From Thermoproteota archaeon (GTDB lineage Archaea; Korarchaeota; Korarchaeia; Korarchaeales; Korarchaeaceae), in the NCBI GenBank assembly GCA_026986575.1, contig JALSOH010000004.1, positions 768,001-832,000 on the forward strand: a stretch of DNA of 64,000 nt. Direction: 5' to 3'. The notes beneath the pieces are model-generated. The model ran no database searches and had not been told where the DNA came from. It saw only the letters and a program-made list of their open reading frames with translations. Positions within the stretch are counted from its first letter, which is position 1; each line of letters begins with the position of its first letter. Shown here piece by piece: positions 19,322 to 28,427 of this stretch. The translations under genes were made by a program, and so were the position numbers.

Positions 19322-20617
19322 TCATACGCTCAAATATGCTCTGTATTCCGCCTCGCTTGGCCAAGATCCGATCTCCGATGCCTCCTTCCTTTTGATCTCT
19401 AGGTATGCCTCCAAGGCGGAGGTGTCGAAAACGCCGCTCAGGTAGGAATTGTCGGATTCAAGCTCGTCCAAAGCCTCGTGCAGGGTTCTCGGGAGCCTCT
19501 TAGCCTCCAGTTTGTTAGTATAAGCGTTCAAACCGACCGGATCCCCGGGATCTATCTTTCTCCTTATGCCGTCCAAGCCAGCGGCGAACGTGGCGGCGAA
19601 TGCAAGGTAAGGGTTGCAGCTCGGATCCGGAACGCGGAACTCTACTCTCTTAGAGTTCCTCCCTCCCTTCCTGTACACGGGAACCCTGATGGCGGCGCTC
19701 CTGTTGGCCCTTCCCCAGATGGCGTATATCGGAGCTTCAAAACCCGGAACCAAACGTTTGTAGCTGTTGACTGTCGGCGAGACGATAGCCGCGAGGGAGC
19801 CTATATGCTCCAAGATGCCTCCTACGAAGTATCTCCCTAGTTGGCTCAGCTCAGCGTATTCATCATCAGGATCATAGAAGAGGTTTCTATCGCCCTCCCA
19901 GAGGCTTAGATGGAAGTGCATTCCGCTCCCATTATCACCGGGAACGGGCTTGGGCATGAAGGTGGCGATGAGACCGAGATCCCTAGCCACCTCCTTTATC
20001 CCTCTCTTAACCCTCATCACCTTGTCCGCGGCTCTGAGAGGAGTGTCCGCCCTGACTGAGACCTCAGATTGGCCCACACCCACCTCGTGATGCGTGACCT
20101 CCGGTTGTAGGTCCAAGCCCATCAACTCGTCCATCACCTCGAGCTTGAACTCGTAAAGGGGATCGGAGGGGGAGCTCAAGTGATAGTTGAGTTTGGGGGC
20201 GTTCCCCCAAGTAGAGACGGGTTTGAGGTCTTCGTTGAGGGTCATGAACTCCATCTCCGGTCCGACCATCCCCTTGTAGCCTTGAGCGGCTAGGAGATCC
20301 TCGGCCCTCTTAGCTACATACCTAGGATCCTTGGGTGATCTACCGCCTCCGAAGGGCTCCCAGATCTCGCTAAGCATCCTGAGCACATCGTCTTTGATCA
20401 CGGCAGTCTGGGGGTCTGGTATGAGTACGGCATCGCTCCACTCTATAACTGAGAGGCCCACACTGCTTGCATCGAAAGAACCACCCTTCTTTGATTTGAA
20501 GGTTTCTAATGAGAGGATCTCACTTCTTAAGGTGCCTGAAAGATCTACATACTCGAGCTCGACGAATTTGACTCCTTTAGATGATGCTTCTTTCAACACC
20601 TCTTCGAGGATAGGCAT
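19322..20617 (-). CDS. glnA: Glutamine synthetase type I
   Basis: FDASS, GPEMEF, HHEVG, TFMPKP..GDNGSGMHFHLSL, NSYKRLVPGFEAP, NRSAAIRVP, RVEFRVPD. Confidence 0.97.
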   Translation of the reverse strand: MPILEEVLKEASSKGVKFVELEYVDLSGTLRSEILSLETFKSKKGGSFDASSVGLSVIEWSDAVLIPDPQTAVIKDDVLRMLSEIWEPFGGGRSPKDPRYVAKRAEDLLAAQGYKGMVGPEMEFMTLNEDLKPVSTWGNAPKLNYHLSSPSDPLYEFKLEVMDELMGLDLQPEVTHHEVGVGQSEVSVRADTPLRAADKVMRVKRGIKEVARDLGLIATFMPKPVPGDNGSGMHFHLSLWEGDRNLFYDPDDEYAELSQLGRYFVGGILEHIGSLAAIVSPTVNSYKRLVPGFEAPIYAIWGRANRSAAIRVPVYRKGGRNSKRVEFRVPDPSCNPYLAFAATFAAGLDGIRRKIDPGDPVGLNAYTNKLEAKRLPRTLHEALDELESDNSYLSGVFDTSALEAYLEIKRKEASEIGSWPSEAEYRAYLSV

Positions 20618-20890
20618 AAGTATAGGTAACCCTCGGTTATAAATCCCTTACTAGCGAAAGGGTTGAAACGAGTGAAAGGGGACATGTTGAGGCTCATTTT
20701 GATGAGACTACCATTATAGCATCTCTCTTATCTAAAAATAACGGTTTTCACATCCTATAAGTTACATGAATACGATGAAAACTTCAGATATTGGTCATCA
20801 AGACATATCTGCTAAGCTTTTCACGTAAAGTCGTCTATTACCCAGCGTTCCGAAAGGTTATTTTCGCCTTACTACAATTAATATGAAGGA

Positions 20891-21919
20891 ATGAGGAGGA
20901 CAGGGGAAGCCCACCTCCCTCTTCATGGAGGGAAGGCTCCAGCTTGGCTCTTCAAGCGTATGAAGGAGCTAGCCAAGCCCATACTCTCTTCCGTGATCTC
21001 CGAATATGGGAAGAGAGGTCTCCTAGAGAGATTGGCCGACCCACATTGGTTCCAGGCCTTAGGATGCGTTCTGGGGTATGACTGGCATTCCTCGGGAGTC
21101 ACCACCGTGCTGACCGCAGCATTGAAGGAGGCCCTACAAGAAGAGGATCTGGGCGTCAGGGTAGCTGGAGGGAAGGGCAGGACCTCCCTGAGAACCCCCC
21201 AAGAGCTAACGTCTATAGCAGAGGAGTTCGGGCTCGATCCCTCTCCCTTAGTGAGGGCCAGCAGGCTCTCGGCCAAGGTCGATAACTCCGCACTGCAAGA
21301 CGGCTTCGACCTCTACCACCACGCCTTCGTAGTGACCGAGGAGGGGGAGTGGGTCGTGGTTCAGCAGGGTATGAATCCCTCCCTGAGGATGGCTAGGAGG
21401 TACCACTGGCTCGGGAGTCGGGTGGAGAGCTTCGTCATCGAGCCTCACCGCGGCATCGTATCCGAGGCCGGGAAGGTAAAGGTGCTCAATCTAGTGGCTA
21501 GGGAGAGCGAGGGCGTGAGGAGAGCCTCTCTCGACTTGGTCAAAGAGGGAACGGCCAGGCTCAGGAGGCTGATGAGCGAGTACAGGTTCCTCAAGATGCC
21601 GAGGAGGATAGACTGGAGCGCGCTGGAACGGGCATATCAGCTAGATCCTTCCAGCTACGAGGAACTCTTGGAGATCAGGGGGATAGGGAAGTCCGCCATC
21701 AGGGCTCTAGCCCTGCTCAGCGAGCTGGTTTATGGGGAGAAGGCAAGCGTGAGGGACCCGGCCAAGTACTCCTTCGCCTTCGGCGGGAAGGATGGAGTAC
21801 CCTTCCCAGTGGATGTTAGGCTCATGGACGAAATTATCTCATACCTGAGGGGCAGGGAGATTCCCAAAATCAGGATCGAGGTTAGGGGAGACCTGACTGA
21901 TTATCTGGATCGGGATTGA
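20891..21919 (+). CDS. DUF763 family protein
   Basis: LPLHGGKAP.WL, DWHSSGVTT, AKVDNSALQDGF, QQGMN, ARRYHW, DPAKYSFAFGGKDGVPFPV. Confidence 0.9.
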   Translation: MRRTGEAHLPLHGGKAPAWLFKRMKELAKPILSSVISEYGKRGLLERLADPHWFQALGCVLGYDWHSSGVTTVLTAALKEALQEEDLGVRVAGGKGRTSLRTPQELTSIAEEFGLDPSPLVRASRLSAKVDNSALQDGFDLYHHAFVVTEEGEWVVVQQGMNPSLRMARRYHWLGSRVESFVIEPHRGIVSEAGKVKVLNLVARESEGVRRASLDLVKEGTARLRRLMSEYRFLKMPRRIDWSALERAYQLDPSSYEELLEIRGIGKSAIRALALLSELVYGEKASVRDPAKYSFAFGGKDGVPFPVDVRLMDEIISYLRGREIPKIRIEVRGDLTDYLDRD

Positions 21920-21920
21920 G

Positions 21921-22526
21921 CTAGAACCAGGCTTCCAGACCCTTGCCCTCGTTATCCTCACCCAACAGTTCCTTCAACCTCTTAAAGTCTTCCTCCAGTA
22001 GAGGCTTCAGCTTGGGGTTGTAGAGAGCCGCTGCCGGGTGGAGGGTGGGCATCAGCGACCTCTTCCTACCGAACAGCTCCACCTCGAACACCTTCCCCCT
22101 TATCCTCATGATGGACCTCTCCTCCTCCCTCCCTGCAAGCCTCAAGAGGGTTAGGGCGCTGTGCCTGCCTAAAGCCACTATCACGTCCGGATCTATCACT
22201 CGGAGCTGCCTCTTGAGGAAGGGGAGACACGCCTCAATCTCCTCCGGCCTCGGGTCCCTGTTGTTGGGCGGCCTGCACTTCACCACATTAGTTATGAAAA
22301 CGTCCTCCCTCCTCAAACCTATCGAGGCCAGCAGTTCCGTCAGCAGCTTTCCGGCAGCTCCGACGAAGGGTCTGCCCTGCAGGTCCTCGTTCCTCCCCGG
22401 CGCCTCCCCCACGAACACCACCCTGGCTTTGGGATTCCCCTCCCCGGGCACGGCATTCGTCCTACTGGCGTGGAGGGGGCAGCGCTTACAGGACCTTATC
22501 TCTCCAGCTATCTTCTCCAGGCTCAA
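21921..22526 (-). CDS. udg: Family 4 uracil-DNA glycosylase ([4Fe-4S])
   Basis: CKRC, GEAPG, PFVGAAG, NVVKCRPPNNR, HPAA. Confidence 0.96.
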   Translation of the reverse strand: MSLEKIAGEIRSCKRCPLHASRTNAVPGEGNPKARVVFVGEAPGRNEDLQGRPFVGAAGKLLTELLASIGLRREDVFITNVVKCRPPNNRDPRPEEIEACLPFLKRQLRVIDPDVIVALGRHSALTLLRLAGREEERSIMRIRGKVFEVELFGRKRSLMPTLHPAAALYNPKLKPLLEEDFKRLKELLGEDNEGKGLEAWF

Positions 22527-23311
22527 AGCCTGACCCTCGCCACGGGAGGCATGGTCCTCTTATGCGCCGTCCTTGCGTGCATCTCCAGCACCCTATCGAC
22601 ATCGGCGCCGAACATCCTCCTGACCTCGTCGTGCCCCATCCTCAGGTCGAATATCGCATGTAAGATGAGGTCGATCCTCTCGTAGGGGATACCCAGCTCT
22701 TCCTCAGCCCTGTGCCCTCTCCAGAGCTGGGGGCTGCTGGGCTTCCCAACTATCTTCTCAGGAACGCCGAGCCATTCTCCCAGCCACCTGACCTGGGTCT
22801 TGTAGAGGTCGCCGATTGGCAAGAAGTCCACACCCCCGTCCCCGTACTTGGTGAAGTATCCTATCAGTATCTCGCTCCTGTCCCCGGTGCCAGCAACTAG
22901 GAGGTTCCTGCTGTTTGCCACATAGTACAGGAGGGACATCCTTATCCTAGCTCTCAGGTTACCCACAGCGACCTTATCCTCGGGATCGAAGAACTCCGAC
23001 TTGGCGAAGGCGTTCACTATATCGGCTATATCCCTCTCCCAGTATGAGATGCCCAACTCGTCAGCTACTCCTCTAGCATCCTCCACATCCTCTTGAGGGG
23101 TGACGCGGGAGTCGGGCATTATGAGGCCGAACACCCTATCAGCCCCCAAAGCCCTCACAGCGAGGTAGGCGGTCACGGTAGAATCGATCCCCCCGCTTAA
23201 CCCCAAGACGACGCCGTTAGTTCTGGATCCAGCGACCATCCCCTTCACGAAGCCCGTTATCGACTCAGTCACCTTCTTCCAGTCCAGCCTGAGTTCGTCG
23301 AGCGTTAGCAT
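22523..23311 (-). CDS. nadE: NH3-dependent NAD+ synthetase
   Basis: GLSGGIDS, NLRARIRM, GYFTKYGDG, DLYKTQV. Confidence 0.96.
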   Translation of the reverse strand: MLTLDELRLDWKKVTESITGFVKGMVAGSRTNGVVLGLSGGIDSTVTAYLAVRALGADRVFGLIMPDSRVTPQEDVEDARGVADELGISYWERDIADIVNAFAKSEFFDPEDKVAVGNLRARIRMSLLYYVANSRNLLVAGTGDRSEILIGYFTKYGDGGVDFLPIGDLYKTQVRWLGEWLGVPEKIVGKPSSPQLWRGHRAEEELGIPYERIDLILHAIFDLRMGHDEVRRMFGADVDRVLEMHARTAHKRTMPPVARVRL

Positions 23312-23371
23312 ATTCCATCTGGGGGACTATCTTTTTTACGTTTTCCTGTAGGCTAGGGAGGTGCGGGCGAA

Positions 23372-23971
23372 TTGAACTGGCTGGGCGCGGCCTCCTTGGT
23401 GCTCCTGCTGTTCGTGATGATATCGCCGTGGTGGTGGATGGAGGGCTACCTGCCACAGCTCGGGGGCTACTTTAAGTACGAGGGAAATCCTCTCACCTTC
23501 GTCTGGTCCTCAGGCAACAGGTCCTCCCTCGGCTTCGCCCTCCAGACCTTCACGTGGCTGTCGGATCAGGGCAGGCTCCCTCCCGGCTCTAGGTATAGGA
23601 CCGGTCTTACTAGGTTCTTCCTCATGCTAAGTACCTTCATACTCGCGCTGGGAGGACTAGCCTCGATATATGCCCTTGCTAGGGAATCCACCACACCCTA
23701 CTTCATCGCAGCCTTCCTAGTCTTCATGGCGGTCGTGTTCTACGAGATGGGATTCCTCGTTACGGAGGCGCCTAGGTCCCTGAGCCTCTCCTTCTTGGTG
23801 GGCGAGGAGCAGGCGTGGGTGAAGTGGGGAGAGGGCATCGGCAAGTATCTGGACATAGCGCTGGCGGTGCTGCTGATAGCCGCTGGCATAGTGAACAAGC
23901 TCTTCTTCGAGTACGAGCCGGGGCCGCCTAGGAGGCCGCCTAGGAGGAGGACCGGGAGGTACTGGTGGTGA
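23372..23971 (+). CDS. Hypothetical membrane protein (about 4 TM)
   Basis: Hydrophobic segments, SD GGAGGTG, basic C-terminus, overlaps the next gene. Confidence 0.7.
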   Translation: MNWLGAASLVLLLFVMISPWWWMEGYLPQLGGYFKYEGNPLTFVWSSGNRSSLGFALQTFTWLSDQGRLPPGSRYRTGLTRFFLMLSTFILALGGLASIYALARESTTPYFIAAFLVFMAVVFYEMGFLVTEAPRSLSLSFLVGEEQAWVKWGEGIGKYLDIALAVLLIAAGIVNKLFFEYEPGPPRRPPRRRTGRYWW

Positions 23972-24288
23972 TCTCTAACTTGGAGGAGAAGCTGGAAAGG
24001 GCCAAGGAGCTGGCCCACAAAGATCCCGGCAACGCGCTAGCGTTGCTAAGGGAGGTTGCCGAGGAGGCGCTAAAGGTAGCGGCCCCGGACTGGGACCCCT
24101 CCAACGAGAGCTTGGCTGAGTACGCCGCGGTGAGGAGGTACCCTGACTTCTTCCAAGAGATGGCCGACAGGATAGAGGGCTCCTACAGGTTCGTCATGCA
24201 GGCTGGCGAGGGTGACATGCTGGGAGCCATATCGTCAACGGCCTTCCTCTTGGAGGTCCTGAGGAGGCTGCCCACAAATAGTAGTTGA
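23965..24288 (+). CDS. Hypothetical all-helical protein, possibly HEPN-like
   Basis: Coupled ORF; ALALLREVAEEALK pattern. Confidence 0.6.
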   Translation: MVISNLEEKLERAKELAHKDPGNALALLREVAEEALKVAAPDWDPSNESLAEYAAVRRYPDFFQEMADRIEGSYRFVMQAGEGDMLGAISSTAFLLEVLRRLPTNSS

Positions 24289-24371
24289 AGATGCTAGCTT
24301 GGATTGGGTCGATGCGTTGGACTCGGCTCTTGACCATCAACTATTTAACCTATAAATTATTCAATTGATTA

Positions 24372-24686
24372 ATGTCATCGACAATAACGGTACCTGAGGA
24401 GCTGAGGAGGAGGGTGAAGAGACTCGCTTCCCTCCTAGATATACCTCAGCATAAGGTCTTGGAAATGCTTCTCGACCTCTTCGAGCAGGATCTATTGGAA
24501 GAGGATCGATCAGTAGATCGTGAGGTGGTAGAGGAGCTGGAGAAAGCTGAGGCTGAGGTTGAGGCAGTGGATCCCGATTGGGCCGAAAGATCGCGTAAGA
24601 TAGAGAGGGCTATCAGGAGAGGATTGACGCCCGAGCTCTTCAGAGGGAACTGGGGGATAGAACTTGCAGACGAATATCATGCTTGA
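24372..24686 (+). CDS. RHH-type antitoxin (VapB-like)
   Basis: STITVPEELRRRVKRLA N-terminus; overlaps the PIN gene. Confidence 0.75.
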   Translation: MSSTITVPEELRRRVKRLASLLDIPQHKVLEMLLDLFEQDLLEEDRSVDREVVEELEKAEAEVEAVDPDWAERSRKIERAIRRGLTPELFRGNWGIELADEYHA

Positions 24687-25086
24687 TAGCATGATCTTCA
24701 GGGATAGGCCCTTCATTTCTTGGCTCAGAGTGAACTTAGAGAGGTTCAGGATATATATTAGCCCGATAGTTCACGCAGAGACTGCTTTGTGGTACCTCTA
24801 CATCGGTTTGGATCTGGAAGACCTCACGTCAGACTTGAGGGCGTTGAGGGTGGAGATACCGCCCATCACTAGGGAAATCACTGAAGTAGTGGCTGGAAAG
24901 GCCTTCACGAATAGAAGGGCTTTGCCGTTCAGACATCATGCTAGGGACTACCTGATAGGAGTTCAAGCGGAACATCTGGGGGCTAGGATCGTGACCCGCA
25001 ATAAGAAGCACTTCAGGTGGGTGAATGTACCGGTACTAACCCCTGAAGAGCTTGTCAAGCAGTCCCAGGGCTCATCTCCTGATTAG
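24664..25086 (+). CDS. vapC: PIN-domain toxin
   Basis: MLDS, SPIVHAE, DYLIG, VTRNKKHF. Confidence 0.85.
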   Translation: MQTNIMLDSMIFRDRPFISWLRVNLERFRIYISPIVHAETALWYLYIGLDLEDLTSDLRALRVEIPPITREITEVVAGKAFTNRRALPFRHHARDYLIGVQAEHLGARIVTRNKKHFRWVNVPVLTPEELVKQSQGSSPD

Positions 25087-25119
25087 GGTTATCGCTAAAT
25101 ACTACGATAGCTCAATGGC

Positions 25120-25896
25120 TCAGATGAACCTTATCACTTCCTTCCCACCTATTATCGCGTATATTTCAACGAATCTTTCGAACTTGGTCCCCCTCAATTT
25201 CTTCATCAGGATCTCCTCTATCTGGAAGGTGCCGCTTGGGTCCTTCATGTATACCTCTATCCTCAGGGGTTTCTCCTCTCCCCTCGTTATCTCCACTTTC
25301 TGAACCGCGAGGGCGGAGTACTTGTGGATGTCGTGACCTCCGAGCCTGAACGGGAGCCTGGCCCTCTCCTGCTCCATGTCACAGCCATCGGCGGTGGCCA
25401 CGACCCCTGCTTCGATGCTGGTGGGCTCGAACCTTCCCATATGGCACATTATGGCCTCGTAGATCATACTAGCGACCTTCACGGCCTTCTCCTCGTCCTC
25501 GTAGACCATGGAGGTTATCTCCTCCACGAAAGGTTTAGCTAGCATTACGCTGAGGAACTCGTGCTCCTCCCTGTGTATGGAATTCCCGATGTCGTGTAGG
25601 TAGCTGGCCACCATTACTATCAGCTTGGAGTCCTCGAAGTCCCTCCAGTCCTCAGTGACCACGATCTCCGGCCCCAGTATGTCGAGGATCTTCAGCGAAT
25701 TCCTGGTCGTTATCATCGCATGGGTCACTCCATGGTCGTTGAACTTGAGCCTGTGGACCAGCACTATGTTGGACATATCCAAAAGCCCCCTTATCCTCCT
25801 GTTGCTTCTGAGGTAGTCGTAGACCCTCAAGAGCTTCTCTGAACCGTTCAGCCTGCTTACAATTTCATGATCGAGGGTTCGCTCTAAGGTGTTCAT
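25120..25896 (-). CDS. HD-domain phosphohydrolase
   Basis: NDHGVTH, YLHDIGNSIHR, ADGCDM. Confidence 0.9.
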   Translation of the reverse strand: MNTLERTLDHEIVSRLNGSEKLLRVYDYLRSNRRIRGLLDMSNIVLVHRLKFNDHGVTHAMITTRNSLKILDILGPEIVVTEDWRDFEDSKLIVMVASYLHDIGNSIHREEHEFLSVMLAKPFVEEITSMVYEDEEKAVKVASMIYEAIMCHMGRFEPTSIEAGVVATADGCDMEQERARLPFRLGGHDIHKYSALAVQKVEITRGEEKPLRIEVYMKDPSGTFQIEEILMKKLRGTKFERFVEIYAIIGGKEVIRFI

Positions 25897-25927
25897 AGAA
25901 GGAGAGGGCGCGAAGGGCCTTTTAAAC

Positions 25928-26269
25928 TTACCCGGATCTGGAGAGCACCCTCCTGAGGGCCTCGACTATCATCTCCTTGGGAGGGTAGTCGTGGTACTTG
26001 CCGGCCCATTTGTAAATCCTGCTGCAGGTGGATGTGTATACCCCCTTGTCCTCGAAGGAGGGATCCACATCCACACCGTTGATCCTCACGGTGGGGACAC
26101 CCAAGACCTTATGCTGCGCTGCTTCCTCATCACTTGCCAAAAGAACCTCCTCCAGCTCGTAATCCTTCAATCCAGCCTCTTCAACGGCCTTCTTTATCTC
26201 CTCAACGACTGGATCCTTGGGACACTCAGGAGTGTAATAGACCGATATCTTCACCCTGTTGACCATCAC
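25928..26269 (-). CDS. Thioredoxin-fold protein (DUF2703-like)
   Basis: YTPECP, GVPTVRINGVDVDP, CSRIY. Confidence 0.75.
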   Translation of the reverse strand: MMVNRVKISVYYTPECPKDPVVEEIKKAVEEAGLKDYELEEVLLASDEEAAQHKVLGVPTVRINGVDVDPSFEDKGVYTSTCSRIYKWAGKYHDYPPKEMIVEALRRVLSRSG

Positions 26270-26358
26270 TAATAACCTCCTCCTCCCATATTTTTATCTT
26301 TCCTCGCTGGTGAGGGTGGGATTGAGAATTCACTTCGTGGATGGGAGGGTGATGGACT

Positions 26359-27780
26359 ATCCTATACGGAATTAGGCCCTCTAAGCTCTCCACCAGGGTG
26401 ATCGCTCATCTAATAGATCTCTCCATAGTTACACTCGCGTACGTGCCCGTGGTCCTCTTTTCAGAACCCCTCACGGAGAGAGCGGGGTTCCTCGGACTGT
26501 CGCTCCTCTCCTCGGTGTTCCTCCTAGTATTCCTGGGTTACTTCACCCTCTTCGAGGGGCTCACCTCCTCGACCCCAGGCAAGAGAGCCTTGGGACTTAG
26601 GGTGATCTCACTGAACACCCTCTCCAGGATATCGATGGAGGATTCGATCGTCCGTAACTTGCTCAGGCTGGTGGATGCCCTGACCCTTTATCTGTCCGTC
26701 CTCTTTACGGATGGCATGAGGATAGGCGACTTGGCTTCAGGGACCGTCGTGGCATCCAATGACCTTCTCAACTTGGAGCTACCGTCCGGCAGATCTGACG
26801 TGGCCGTGGACATGAGAAGGGGGATACTTGAAGCCACGTCACAGGAGCTGATGACCATGGAGGGAGGAGGAGAGCTGGTGAAGAGGCTCTCCGGTAGGGT
26901 GAAGATCGATGAGCTGCCGGAGGGGATTCCCGAAGAGGTCGCGAGCGCTGCCTTCATTCTCGCCACCAAGCCCAGACTCTCGCTCACCCTTTTAGGGCCT
27001 GAGAAAATAATGAAGATCTATGAGAGGGCCGCGGAGCTCTGTTATCACGTTGAGAGCAGAGAGATACTAAGGAACAGGGTCGAACTGATGAGGGCCCTCA
27101 CGAGAGAACCTCCGCAAGGGGGCTTCGATATCAGGAGAGTGTTCTTGGAAGGACCGAGGGAGTTCAGAGGACTGGCTCCCTACTTCCTCATCTCCCTAAT
27201 AATATTCACGACCTCCCTAATCGTAGCCTACAACTACAGGCCAGCGTGGCTCGAAACTCTCCTAGAGGAGCTGTTCGGAAGGGGAGAGGCGGTAAACCAG
27301 CTGAGTCCCGTGACCCTCTCACTCCTCATCATGATGAACAACATCAGGGTGGCCCTCACAGTTGTTGGCACCGCTCCAGCGATATTCCTCGCGCCCTTGG
27401 TGCTGACCGCCAACGGAGCCCTAGTCGGACTCGTGCTTGCAATATCCAAGACGGGACCCATCCCTACTTTGGGCTTAATCTTACCCCACGGAGTTCCTGA
27501 GCTCACTGCCATATTCATCTCGACATCCATAGCCCTCTCCACGGTGAGAGAACTGATTGCACCTCGATCGGGGAGCAGGTTAAGATCTGCGGGTGAGGTC
27601 ATAAGGGGTAAGCTCGGGGCGCTGGCCCTTGCCCTGCTCATACTGGTGTACGCCGCGCTAGTGGAGGGGTTCGTCACCAGAGGCATAGGAAAGGACCTCA
27701 GAATGGCCCTCCTCTTCTCCTCGGTGGAGGGGTTCGTGATATACGCCTACCTCCTACTGGTGGGTCGGGGAGGACGATAG
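26359..27780 (+). CDS. RDD + SpoIIM (DUF95) fusion membrane protein
   Basis: RDD: RVIAHLID, TPGKRALGLRV, RNLLRLVD, RIGDLASGTVV; SpoIIM: NNIRVA, NGALVG, LPHGVPEL, AALVEGFVT; start uncertain (GTG 26398 or ATC 26359). Confidence 0.85.
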   Translation: MLYGIRPSKLSTRVIAHLIDLSIVTLAYVPVVLFSEPLTERAGFLGLSLLSSVFLLVFLGYFTLFEGLTSSTPGKRALGLRVISLNTLSRISMEDSIVRNLLRLVDALTLYLSVLFTDGMRIGDLASGTVVASNDLLNLELPSGRSDVAVDMRRGILEATSQELMTMEGGGELVKRLSGRVKIDELPEGIPEEVASAAFILATKPRLSLTLLGPEKIMKIYERAAELCYHVESREILRNRVELMRALTREPPQGGFDIRRVFLEGPREFRGLAPYFLISLIIFTTSLIVAYNYRPAWLETLLEELFGRGEAVNQLSPVTLSLLIMMNNIRVALTVVGTAPAIFLAPLVLTANGALVGLVLAISKTGPIPTLGLILPHGVPELTAIFISTSIALSTVRELIAPRSGSRLRSAGEVIRGKLGALALALLILVYAALVEGFVTRGIGKDLRMALLFSSVEGFVIYAYLLLVGRGGR

Positions 27781-27812
27781 GACTGAAGCTTTTAGCCTGT
27801 CCGATATTGGGA

Positions 27813-28367
27813 CTAGCACTCCCTCCCTAAACCCTTGAGAAGGTCGCTCTTTGTGACTATTCCCACTATCCTTCCCCTCTCCTGGATGAGGACCGCTGGA
27901 TAGAGGAAGAGCATATCCCTCAAGAGGGAGAGGGAGGCGTCAACTGGCAGGATGGGGAAGGCCTCCTCCATGACCTCCTCCACCTTCGACTCGGGGGATA
28001 GGGAGGAGAGCTTCCTCAGTAGCCCCTCCTCTGTCACGGAGCCTACCACCCTCCCGCCGGTCATCACGGGAAGCTGGGAGATTCCTCTCTTACCCATTAT
28101 GGAGATGGCCTTACTGACAGTCTCCTCCGGAGCCACATGTATCACTGGAGAGCTCATCATCTCAGCCGCCTTGGTGCATCCCCTCTTCCGCCTGGCCCTC
28201 TCCAAAGCCTCGAATATCCTCAGCGCAACCTCGTAGCTTGGAACCATCTGCCCCCTCTCGACCTTTGAGATGAGGGACTGACTCACCCCTGCCATCTTAG
28301 CGAGCTCCTTCTGGCTCAGACCCAGCGCCCTCCTTTCCCTCGCTATCGAGGAGAGGTCCCTTATCAT
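27813..28367 (-). CDS. XRE-HTH + tandem CBS transcriptional regulator
   Basis: RRALGLSQKELAKMAGVSQSLISKVERG; CBS ISQLPV...GSVTE, GIVTKSDL. Confidence 0.92.
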   Translation of the reverse strand: MIRDLSSIARERRALGLSQKELAKMAGVSQSLISKVERGQMVPSYEVALRIFEALERARRKRGCTKAAEMMSSPVIHVAPEETVSKAISIMGKRGISQLPVMTGGRVVGSVTEEGLLRKLSSLSPESKVEEVMEEAFPILPVDASLSLLRDMLFLYPAVLIQERGRIVGIVTKSDLLKGLGREC

Positions 28368-28369
28368 TG

Positions 28370-28383
28370 ATTCCTTTAGGAAT
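28370..28383. promoter_or_regulatory. Palindrome ATTCCT-TT-AGGAAT, candidate operator in a divergent promoter
   Basis: Perfect 6-bp arms directly upstream of the regulator ATG. Confidence 0.5.
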
Positions 28384-28427
28384 ATCTCATTACTTAAAAT
28401 TATTACCAAGGAATTTCCCGAAGGCTC

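Noticed and set aside
23922-23950. Short tandem duplication GCCGCCTAGGAG
   Set aside because: Simply encodes PPRRPPRRR in a low-complexity tail
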